A stretch of DNA of 61,484 nucleotides, counting the filler, from Basidiobolus ranarum (taxonomy: Eukaryota): the NCBI GenBank assembly GCA_040143965.1. It is 14 parts of 14 records of this genome, joined end to end, with 100 filler letters (N's around TTAATTAATTAA, not from the genome) between each part and the next. Parts side by side here need not be neighbours in the genome. Positions count along the whole stretch, not along the records: positions 8,823 to 13,131 come from JASJQH010008895.1; positions 13,232 to 17,536 come from JASJQH010008896.1; positions 17,637 to 21,940 come from JASJQH010008897.1; positions 22,041 to 26,343 come from JASJQH010008898.1; 10 more parts are not named here. One strand, written 5' to 3'. The translations under genes were made by a program, and so were the position numbers. Shown here one piece after another: positions 11,666-22,269 of this stretch; positions within the stretch are counted from its first letter, which is position 1, and the number at the start of each line of letters is the position of its first letter. The notes under the pieces were generated by a model that worked only from the letters and a program-made list of their open reading frames with translations, did no database searches and was not told where the DNA came from.

Positions 11666-12879
11666 AGATTGAAGTTCCTACTTTAGTGTGTATAGATTGG
11701 TGTCAACTTAATATTTCCAACTTTTCTAAAAAAAATGTGTCAGACTTCATATATGTATTTGTTGAAATATACACCTATTGTTTCATATCTAGTTAAATCA
11801 GATAATAGACTTTGGGAGAAATTAATATTGTACTTAGAATTAATTTTGTATTGAATTAATTCTGATTAATGATATTCAAGATGTTGAAGTTTAGTAGAAA
11901 TTTTAAAGTTGTCCTAAAGCCTTTGTGCACAGTATTATGACATGTGTCTCACCATGACACCACTATTAGTTCATGGTATTTCTGACAAAAGTATAAATAC
12001 CAAAGTTCCAACTAATAAACCAACAAGTGAAAACCATACTTTCTTATCACATTTGATTACACTTCCATTCTCCCTGAGAACTCCCAACAGTATTCTGGTT
12101 CCAATCCAGACTTGATTTTGTTATAGAGGAATTTTTTGCTAGGAATACTGCCTCTCATAACTAGGCTCTGTCTATGACTTTATAGTTGCAAGAATGCTTA
12201 CATCAAACTTGGATAGCAAACTATTTGACAGATTGCAAATGCTTCATTCCTGCTGAGCTGAATACTGACTCCCACTAGGCAAAGTGACCTTCTTGCTGGC
12301 TATCATTGAATGGCTCTTCCTTATTGTCTTCCCACTAGCCTTGTAAAATTATCACAGAACTGACTGTAATTGTGTTGGCTGTAACACTCTCAGCTCCTGA
12401 TATGCATCTCTTGGGAAAGACAATACTAGAAATTACCCAGGTATTTCAGTGGGCCAACTATCTTCTAGTACAATTTATGATCAAGGATACAGTGTACTAT
12501 GGAGGCCTGGTAGATTCCTTAATGATTTAAACCTCCCACCTACTGCCAGACCATGCAGGAAAAACCATTGAGTAGTGCTAATAAACAAGAAAATAAAAGT
12601 CTAAGCAAAATCTCTATCATAAATGTCCTAGGTCTCACTATGGTTATTGCTTTCAGGTGATATCTGCCAAGGACTGGTAAAGTCCTTCCAGTCATGATGG
12701 TGTAGTTGTTTAAGAGAATTGCTATTAGTACTACAAGACAAAACCAAGGACCATGAAAAAGGTGTAACATACAATGAATGAAAGAGTCTTGAGGAATATT
12801 TTCCACTATTATCTGTAAGGATTTTCTTGAATTTTAGTGAGGTATTGGAAGGTGTTGGAGGTAAATTGGAGTACTAGAA

Positions 12880-13131
12880 TGTTAAAGTATTTGGGAGCCT
12901 GTTGGAAGCGGTTTGGAGAATTATAGGAATTAGTGGTTTTCACTTGTTGATTTATTGAGTATTCAGTTGACATTTATAGTTTTGTCAAGATGTAAGCAAA
13001 TAAACGTGTAGAGTGTGTTGAGGAAGGTCCCAGGAACATGTGTGCAAAGTTTGGGGCTTCTAGCACAAGTTTGAAAAATCTATATATCTGAGAACTTCTA
13101 AGTTGGTAAAAATATTCCAAGTAAATTCCTT
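12880..13131 (-). mobile_element. Copia LTR, truncated by contig end
   Basis: Reverse complement of the LTR 3' part, beginning TGTTAAAGTATTTGGGAGCC. Confidence 0.85.
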
Positions 13132-13231
13132 NNNNNNNNNNNNNNNNNNNNNNNNNNNNNNNNNNNNNNNNNNNNTTAATTAATTAANNNNNNNNNNNNN
13201 NNNNNNNNNNNNNNNNNNNNNNNNNNNNNNN

Positions 13232-15195
13232 TATACACCAAGCATTGTGCAGCTGGTGGCTTTGTACAGTGGCTGTGCTTGTAATTATCTTTTCTATGAA
13301 ACCCCAGCTTTCATAGCACAACAGTTTGTGACAATAATTGATGGGCTTCTTTAAACATTTGTGATGTGGCATAAGAAGTATATTGTAGAAAAAAAAACAC
13401 CTCCCATGTAAGGGTGGTATTTTAGGCATAGCCCATGAATATTGTCAGCTGCTTCTGAGATGGTGTTACAGATGAGTCATCAGAGGATTTATAAAATAAT
13501 TCTGTTAATGGATGGCAATTTTAGTTTCTTATATGCTGTTCCTAAGTAACTTCATTACATCAAGTTTACCATCTGAAAGTTTTAATGCCATTCAAAAAGC
13601 ATCCAAAATCTAAATCAAAATTGGCTTCCAAGTCAAAGCCTGCTTGCAAAAAAGAAAAAAAACCGCAAGAACAGAGGACTTAATTGATGAGCAGTCTAGC
13701 AATCCACTATCCACTTTGGAAGGCATTAACATGCCAGAAACTGACTCAAGTAATGATGAAGCATTAATCAATTTATCATTAGTGTTCCTTTCCAGTGATA
13801 GTGCGAGTGAAGAGATTGAGGTCCGCCAATTACATAGTAGCACAATAGTTGAGCAAAGTTCAACCAAAACACTGTCAAGACCATGAAGTTCCAAAATGGC
13901 TAGGTTGCCCACTATTGAACAACCCTCCATATAAAATTTATTTATAATTACTACAACAAGAGTTATATCTTGCTCAATATAACCTTGATTTGAGCCAATT
14001 GTGAAAAAACCAAAAACCAGGTGTTAATCCGAAGGTTCTTGACTTATTTCATGTGGTTTATCTTGGGTTTTTGCAAGCAAATGGCATTTAGGCTAGTAGA
14101 GGCCTATTTATTAAACTTCTCAAAGATGTACATAATTATTGACTTGGAAAAGAAAAAAGAGCAGATAAAGAAGTACTCCACAAGCAGGAAGTTGGTAAAC
14201 CCAAGGGAAAAGGCAAGGAATCAGTGAGTTTAGGCTCCACAGTCTCAGTCACTGAATTCTTCACATCATTACCAAGATCTGCATTTCCAGAGTCAGATAT
14301 ACTGGCTAAAAAGCTTAATTTCACCATGGAACCAGGTACACCAGTTGGAAGAGTGCTAAATTTGTCAGTTTATCCAAAGTCTGGCATTGCTTAACAAGCC
14401 AAATCACCAGCAAGTAAAACTAATGGCTCTCCAACATCAACTGGTACTTTCCAAAGTGTTGTAATTAGCCCCAAACTTGAAGGTAAGCAAAAAGCCTCAC
14501 AAACACTACAAAGCACTCTCAGTAGTGTAACACTACAAGGATGTACAAAAATAGTCAAATTGCTTGAGGAGTATTTTCAAAACAATGAAGGAAAAAATGC
14601 AGTGCAAGTATGCAGAAAGTGGCTTCAGAAGAAAAACACTCCCCTTGACATTCAGTCTAGTGTTGACCATGCAGATATCTGGCAAGAACTTATTACAGAG
14701 TGGCACAATATTGGAAGGTACCTGCCAGATAGCTGGAAGAATGTTGATTCAGCAACATTAATGCAATGGTGGGCTTTGATGGAGATATTGATACAAACTC
14801 ATGTTGGGTATGAGCTACACCTTGGGTATGAACAATTCTATAAAAGTTTTGAGGAGAATATATCAAAGAGACTAGGGATTTTGAAGGTGACATATTCAGG
14901 AGAATATATCAAAGAGACTAGGGATTTCAAAGGTCACAAATTGGCATTCAAGTGGTAATTGTGTAAATTAGAGTGACTTTTTTTGCACATGTGTTGATCC
15001 ATAGTTCTCTGAGATTGTAGCCAATCTTGCACAACTATTTTGCAAGATCTTGAAATTTCACTTTTGAAACTGAAAAAATTGATTATTGTCAAATCTAACT
15101 TGACAATTGTATGATGGTAAGTAAATGGTCAATCCCAAATGGATTAAAGCTGTTATGGTTTTCCTATGATAACAATCCACAAATTTCTGTTAGGG
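13232..15195 (-). mobile_element. CACTA element left arm (left TIR, accessory ORF2, bidirectional spacer, transposase start)
   Basis: Ends AAATTTCTGTTAGGG at 15195. Transposase ATG at 13372 (-, MPHHKCLKKP); ORF2 ATG at 13585 (+). Confidence 0.85.
13585..14958 (+). pseudogene. CACTA accessory ORF2, internally deleted copy
   Basis: MPFKKHPKSKSKLASK...EQSSNPL...LEEYFQNNEGKNAVQVCRKWLQKK...WWALMEILI; the same frame recurs in four other contigs. Confidence 0.7.
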
Positions 15196-17536
15196 AAACT
15201 GTTTCAGATATTAACTCCATCATATCATTGTTCTTGATAGCACTCTTTGGGTGCCAAAATACTTCAGAGAGGCATGGTCTGTCTTCACATTAGTCTTAAC
15301 TTCTTGCAAATGGCATCTACAGACTCTGAGGTTATATCTATATGGCTGCATCTCCTTCTCAAGAACTGCATAGTTCTTCTCAGCATTATGCATCTTCTTG
15401 GACTCAATAGCAATCTAGTAATACATATCTGAATGAATCTAGCCCAGAGGGCCTCCTAGGCCACAGTCTTGGGCATCAATAGTGAAAATGAATGGCTGGT
15501 TGATATCTAGATCCTCATAGTAAGTAACTTTGCCAGTTCAACTTTCACAGATAGGTATGCCACTTCATATTGCAAGTATTAAGTTATTATAGATTCCTTC
15601 TTGAGTAGCATGATCAATGGGGAAGAGATTGAGGCTATTCTTATAACAAAGTTTCTATCATAGGAGCCCATTCATAGAAACAACCTTAGTTTCGACCCAG
15701 TGGTAGGCTTTTTCCAATTCTGAATTACTTTGACTTTTCAGGCATCCATGGCTACTGCTGAACTTGTTACAATATGTTGCAATATTCATTAGGTCCTTCA
15801 AGAATTCACAAATACTGAGTTTGGTATGGAGTCAGTTTGCTTGGAGCTTCTCTAAGACTTTCCTCACGTATTTTATATGTTCTTCCTGATACTAACATTA
15901 GATCAGGGTGTCATCCAAGCAAGTAATAACAAACTGGTGCAAGTACTTTGCAACAATATTCTGCATTAAAATTATAAAGGCCACTGGGGCATTGGTCTAC
16001 TTCCAACTCATGACTTGATACTCACAGTGTCTGTATCTTGACCTAAAGGCAATCTTGGGTACACCTTCTGGTCTCACTTGGATCTAGTTGTAGCCAGACA
16101 AAAGGTCAAGTTTGCTAAAATTATGGCTTCATGAACCCTATGAAAAATATGGGAATGAATACCAGAGGAATACCATAAGAAAATGGGAGGAAAAGAAGAC
16201 TGGTAGTGAAAGTATAAGAAAGTTGTTGCAATACCAGCATAATACCATCATAAAATAGTCAGAAAATAGTATGAAATGCAAATTTAAAATTTTTTTGTTA
16301 GGGGAAGTTGATACAGTATCTCATCGATCTTGGAGATAGGATATTTGACTTTGCAGTGAATTAGTTCAGTGCTTAATAGTCTATGCATAATCCTAGGGTT
16401 TGATCTATCCTCTGGACAAACAAAACTGGTGCTCCCCATGGTGACTTGTTTGGTCTTTTGTATCCTTGCTCTAAGAGTTGGGAAATCTGCTTCTCAACTT
16501 CTTGTAACCTAAGGGACTCATGCAGTATGGTGCTTTGCTCACAGGTTCACTGTCTCCTGTATCAATTAAATTTTCTACTTCTCTGGCAGGTGCAAGCTCT
16601 GTCAATTTCTCTGGATATACATCTCAGAATATCTTCATCACTTCTGTCATTGGAGTTTGAGATATCCTTCGACTCTTTGTCCTTCAGTACAGCAATTAGA
16701 AACATATCTTGAGTCATCCTGACAACTTGGCTGAGTTGACTTTTACTGGCAGACATATCATCCTTCTGGCTGGTCATGTTGCATTTGTACTCTATTTTGG
16801 CAAGGGTAAGCTCAAAGGTTTTGCCTTTTGTGGTCACAGTAATCTCACAGGTTCCCCAGTCAATATTTGGATTCTGCTGATATAGCCAACTTGACTTACA
16901 GGGTAAGTAGCTCTATCTGCAGTAGAGATATGTACTTGTGTGATGCTCCTGTGCCAATCATGATTCTTGTTGTAGTTGCATTGATACTTACACTGCAATA
17001 TAGTAGTCTCCCTGAGCTCTCATTAGCATTGGAAAGGTATTCAGCCATCTGCAAATAAGCTTTTATGCCATCTTGGTAGTCTATGGTAATCCTCTAGGAA
17101 CTTGTAATGTGACTTATAGAGTAAGCAGCTCTATTTGCAGAAGAGATATGTACTCATGTGATGCTCCTGAGTCAGTCATGATTCTGGTGGTAGTTCCATC
17201 AATAGTTCCAGTTAGATATACTGTCTTTCTGAATTCTCATTTTCATTGGAAAGGTTTTCGGCAGTCTGTTGCAAAGAGGCCTCAGTTTCTTCATACTGAT
17301 TGTTTCATGACTCTTCCAGATTCTCAACCACATTTGAGCTTCTTGTACCTTCCTTTGGTTTTCTTCATGGACAACATATAGCATTATGTTGCTTCTTGTG
17401 GCATGTAAGGCAGAATAGATGTGGTGTCGTCTGCTCTCCATAGCATATATTCTTACTTTGCCATACACGGCTGAGGGATAGGGAGTACAATCATGATTGC
17501 CTGCTGTAAGTTATCTGGGGCTTGGGAGGCTACTTC
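15196..17536 (-). mobile_element. Decayed Ty3/gypsy pol (protease, RT, RNase H)
   Basis: IMIGTGASHKYIS protease motif, YPISKIDEIL, AFRSRYRHCEY and FVITCLDDTLI RT motifs. Confidence 0.85.
16136..16303. mobile_element. 168-bp non-autonomous CMC element (MITE) with 3-bp TSD
   Basis: CCCTATGAAAAA...TTTTTTGTTAGGG, flanked by GAA on both sides, interrupting gypsy RT that resumes on either side. Confidence 0.85.
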
Positions 17537-17636
17537 NNNNNNNNNNNNNNNNNNNNNNNNNNNNNNNNNNNNNNNNNNNNTTAATTAATTAANNNNNNNN
17601 NNNNNNNNNNNNNNNNNNNNNNNNNNNNNNNNNNNN

Positions 17637-18381
17637 TTTTCTAGAAGATATGAAATCTCGCTTCTTGAGTTCTTACAGTGTTGATAGAGCTAAAACTGCT
17701 CCTGCTTATGGAATGAACGAATTTTCACGCACAATAGCTAAACAAATGGTGAGCTTCCTTAAAAGTAGAGAATATTTTAATCCGACCAAAATTGATTTTG
17801 ATCCTTTCTTCAATAACAATAGGAATTCTTCTCACACAACCCTAACGCTGATAAAGTAAAGCAAGTTCAAGGGGAAATTGAACAAGTGAAAGATGTTATG
17901 GTTCAGAATATCGGTAAGATAAAAATATATTTGAAAACAAGTCGGTGATATTCAAAGAACTTTATTTTGTACAGAACGAGTTCTAGAACGTGGTGAACGT
18001 ATTGATCTTTTGGTGGATAAAACTGATACTTTAAATCAATCCGCTTTTGCGTTTAGAAAACGTAGTACTGCTTTAAAAGTTAGTAGAATCACTATGCCAT
18101 TTAGGATGACTCGAAATTAATGAAATATTGGTTTTTAGAGATCTATGTGGTGGAAAAATACTCGTCTGATGGTTATACTTGGTTTCGTGATCCTGGTAAG
18201 TATATACTCTAGTTTTTACTCATTTTTGAATGATTTTGTAACCTTTTCTCTAGATGATCATTTACTTCTTTATCTCTTCTCTCTGTGGATTTCCAGGTAA
18301 TTTGATTCATAATTTGTATACTTGATATCACCACTCACCTTTTCTTTTGAAGGTTGGCAAGACTGTCGCGGTGGAAACTAG
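17637..18381 (+). CDS. VAMP7: VAMP7-like longin R-SNARE, 5' truncated, five GT-AG introns visible
   Basis: FLEDMKSRF..RAKTAPAYGMNEFSRTIAKQM | ..QVKDVMVQNI | ERVLERGERIDLLVDKT.. | RSMWWKN + transmembrane helix | ..CGFP | GWQDCRGGN*. Confidence 0.92.
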
Positions 18382-18748
18382 GTTTGACTGTTGTTCTTCC
18401 TGGCTTACATATTGGATCTCTTAGTAAGCAGTCATTCAGCTGAACCGAATCTATTTATATACTATGAATGAAATAACACTTCATCTTTCACAACCCCATC
18501 CCTACTACTTGCTTTATATAAATAAACGCGGAACTTTTGAAAACCAATATTCTATTCAACAACTTCAATGCAGGTTTAATAGGTAGTAACGAATGGGAAT
18601 TATTTAAAATCATGAACTTTTAGTATCGTATAAGAAAAGAGAAGGTGGGTGTAGTGTTTATAATAGTTTGGAAAACAACTGAAGAAGCACAAATGAAGGA
18701 TATACATATCGGACAGTGTTGTTGTTGTTGTTCAATGGTTCTTTGATA

Positions 18749-19152
18749 TTACTGTTGGTTATTTTCGGTTTTCTTAACTTGTACGTTCATACCAGAGGTG
18801 GCATTAAATAAACGTTGACTTTCAGCATACGCCATACCCATGGAGAAACCGGTGAATAAAGTAACGGGCCAAGCTTTTCCTAAAAATAATAAAAAAGTGA
18901 GTCTAAAAGTTTCTTACTCCAAAAAAGAACTGAATTATCCTGGGCAACTTACTCTTGAAGAATAAAACTGAGGCAACAATACCAGTACTAAGACCAACAC
19001 CAGTTTTAACAATGAAGTTGGATACGGTACGGTCCCACTAAAGTGAAGAATATTCAATTAAAAAGAGAGGGTCTGAGGTGACAAGTAACGAAAATAAATA
19101 CCTTCTGGGCAAGAAGTTCTTCGCTAGGTACTTGCTTTTGTTGTTCAGACAT
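18749..19152 (-). CDS. MIC10: MICOS complex subunit Mic10, two introns
   Basis: MSEQQKQVPSEELLAQK | WDRTVSNFIVKTGVGLSTGIVASVLFFK | KAWPVTLFTGFSMGMAY...NNQQ*. Confidence 0.92.
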
Positions 19153-19638
19153 GCTATTCGTTATGAGAGTAAACTAAAGGTTGAAAAACTAACTTATAGG
19201 AAGAAAAAGTAACCAGCATGAATGTTGCGAGAAATTTGTACTAGCTAAAGTGAATATGGGTGGTTGAATCCAGATTCTTGGGGTTAGGTGAGCCTAAACT
19301 CTACTTGTAAATCTTTGTAGCATACGTGTTAGATGAAAAATGAGGTAATTTTTACCATAATTGGGGGATGAATGAGGGGATGAATTGGGGGATTTACTAT
19401 ATTTCTTATGGCGTCTCTTATTTATGGCCAATCTAAAGGTATTTTATTGTAACAATTATCAAGTGCTTGCTAAACTCTGCTAATGTAAATGGCACAATGG
19501 CTGTAACTGAATATTACGCATAGCTTGGTTAGATTATGTTACTGTAGATACTCTTTTCTTCATTGTATCAGCCTTGGGGTTAGGTTAGGATATGGTACAT
19601 AGTAGACTTCTACTTCATCTATACTATTCAATTCAGTA

Positions 19639-19993
19639 TCACCAACTTGGTGTATTGGTTGAACTTTCAGGTGCTACATTTTCGCTGCCACTTAGAACCG
19701 AATATACCGAAGACTTGAATAGTGTGTAAACCAAGCTAAATCTTTTTTCAACGTCACGAAGTTGGTTGGTTAAGAAAGGAATATCCACCGAATTAATATC
19801 AGTTACGACTCCATTGAGCTGTAGATGGGAACCCAGTATTTGAATATGTGTGGAGAGGGGGGTTATATGATTAGTACACTTGTTTGAAACAGAAAGCTAT
19901 GGATAAAAACCATTCACGTACCTGATTTAAGTTCTCTGCGATGGTCCGATACTCTTGAAGTAATTGTTCACGAAGTTCGTTTGTGTTGGACAT
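19639..19993 (-). CDS. DAD3: DASH/Dam1 complex subunit Dad3, 83 aa; exons 19922-19993 and 19639-19818 (absent from the ORF track)
   Basis: LREQLLQEYRTIAENLNQ | L...LRDVEKRFSLVYTLFKSSVYSV matches the Dad3 pattern; GTACGT donor and CTACAG acceptor. Confidence 0.88.
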
Positions 19994-20270
19994 GACTAAC
20001 GGGATTTCAAAGGCAAACTCAAAGAGTATTTGATATTTACGAAGTCAAATGGATGAACTTTGTAATCAAGTATTTGTTTGTTTTCGTTTACTGTTAGTGC
20101 CCAGATTTGTAGATCCCCTATCGGGTGAGCTAATCAAGGGAGTAGGGTTAGGAAGGGATAAAAAGAAACGTGATCGGTGAGGGACCAGTGAGTAAGGAAA
20201 TTGATTTCCAATGGGACCAGTTTTAGCTTTCTCCTCTTCCCTTTAAATACTCTTCCTGCTGTTATCAACT

Positions 20271-20755
20271 ATGACTCAATACTATGAATTATATCGCAGA
20301 AGCACCTTGGGTATGGCTCTGACCGATTCTTTAGATGAATTGATCCAGTCAGGTCACATGAACCCACAACTCGCTATGAAAGTCCTAGTTCAGGTATTTT
20401 CACCCTGCTTCAGATTGATCTCCATCTTCTTTTAAATATTGATCGTTAACTCTTTCCATTAGTTTGATAAGAGTATCACTGAAGCACTGAGTAGTAAAGT
20501 TAGAAGTAGAGCAACGTTCAAAGTAAGAAAAGAAATCCAATGCACGACTTATATTCGTGACAGAAATTTTCACTTTCAACCGATATTTAACCCCTCTTTT
20601 ATCTATGATAGGGTCATCTGGATACATATCGTTTTTGTGATGATGTTTGGACTTTTATCATTGAAAATCCTACTTTCAGGTTTGAACACGATACAGTTCT
20701 AGCCGATAAAGTTAAAATAGTTGCTTGCAATGCTAAAAAGCCTGGTGACGCTTGA
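20271..20755 (+). CDS. TOA2: Transcription factor IIA gamma (small) subunit, two introns
   Basis: [29 protein letters not shown] | [11 protein letters not shown] | [24 protein letters not shown]. Confidence 0.96.
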
Positions 20756-21168
20756 TTTCCTTCTTCGCTCCTTCGACTTGACTAACTGCATATAGGCTTG
20801 AATGCATCTCTAGTCAATCTCTCCACTTCAAAATATGTATACTTTTCTATTCGTAAGCTACCTTACTAAATCACGTAACATTTACTTTAATAAAGAATGA
20901 CCAACTCAAGTTATATAGATTCTATTGATCAATATACACGACATAACAACTGAATGAAAAAAATTGATTGAACAAAATGAGTGAAGATTGTGCGGCTAAA
21001 TATATAATGATAATATTGAAATATATCGTGTTGTTTTGTATCCTTGGTTTATTTTGGATCGAAAGTGCATTCTTTCTATTTCTCCATGTTGACTATAAAT
21101 AAATGACATGATGATGAAAAAATACGAAGTATATACGGTTTACATGTAGAAATGGCGTGAGAAGGTAA

Positions 21169-21940
21169 CTAATAACGGTAATGCTCAGGCTTGTAAGGAC
21201 CTTCAGTAGGGATGCTCAAATACTTGGCTTGGACAGGGGAAAGCTTGGTGAGCTCAACGCACAATTTGTCAAGATGGGCAGCAGCAACTTCCTCATCGAG
21301 CTTCTTGGGGAGCATGTGGACTCCAAGAGGATAGGAAGCGTTGTCAGTCCAGAGAGCAATTTGAGCCAAAACTTGGTTAGAGAAAGAGTTGGACATAACG
21401 AAGGAAGGATGACCAGTGGCACAGGCCAAGTTAACAAGACGACCCTCAGCGAGGAGGATGATGTGGTTACCATTGGACATGGTGTAACGGTCAACTTGGG
21501 GCTTGATGTTGACAACGCTGGTAGCGTTCTTCTTCAACCAGGCGACATCGATTTCAACATCGAAGTGACCAATGTTGCAAACAATAGCATCATCCTTCAT
21601 GTGAATCATATGTTCACCAGTGATAATATCACGGTTACCGGTGGTGGTAACAAAGATGTTACCTTCGGAGACAGCCTTCTCCATAGTGGTAACTTCGAAA
21701 CCTTCCATGGAAGCTTGAAGAGCGTTGATGGGATCGATTTCAGTAACGATGACACGGGATCCCATACCTCTCAAAGCGGCAGCACAACCCTTACCAACAT
21801 CACCGTAACCAGCGACAATGGAAACCTTACCAGCAATCATGACATCGGTGGCACGCTTGATACCATCGACGAGGGATTCACGGCAACCGTACAAGTTATC
21901 GAACTTGGACTTGGTGACGGATTCGTTGTCGGTTAGAGCA
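21169..21940 (-). CDS. SAH1: S-adenosylhomocysteine hydrolase, 5' truncated
   Basis: [56 protein letters not shown]. Confidence 0.98.
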
Positions 21941-22040
21941 NNNNNNNNNNNNNNNNNNNNNNNNNNNNNNNNNNNNNNNNNNNNTTAATTAATTAANNNN
22001 NNNNNNNNNNNNNNNNNNNNNNNNNNNNNNNNNNNNNNNN

Positions 22041-22264
22041 GACCTTCCATGGAAGGTCTTGGTGGAAATACACTATGTGTGGGATGACATGATTGGTCAG
22101 GTTTCATGGAATGTTCCAAAGAACATGACTTCTATATAAGGTAATCTGGATGAACTGACACCAGATTGCCGAGAAGGGATGGCATAGTAGATATGACATC
22201 ATAATCTAATAATAGAAGAGTTCCATATGCAGTGGATCAGTATGCCAAGATCAGAATCATGACA
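22041..22264 (-). mobile_element. Chromovirus LTR fragment
   Basis: Matches about 47862-48087 and ends AGAATCATGACA. Confidence 0.85.
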
Positions 22265-22269
22265 GTATG

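Noticed and set aside
13232..15195. Fanzor/TnpB or other RNA-guided nuclease as the CACTA cargo
   Set aside because: No RuvC catalytic motifs or CxxC zinc finger seen in ORF2; a profile search on the consensus would be needed to exclude it fully.
21181..21936. 251-aa plus-strand ORF
   Set aside because: Antisense shadow of the codon-biased SAH1 gene.
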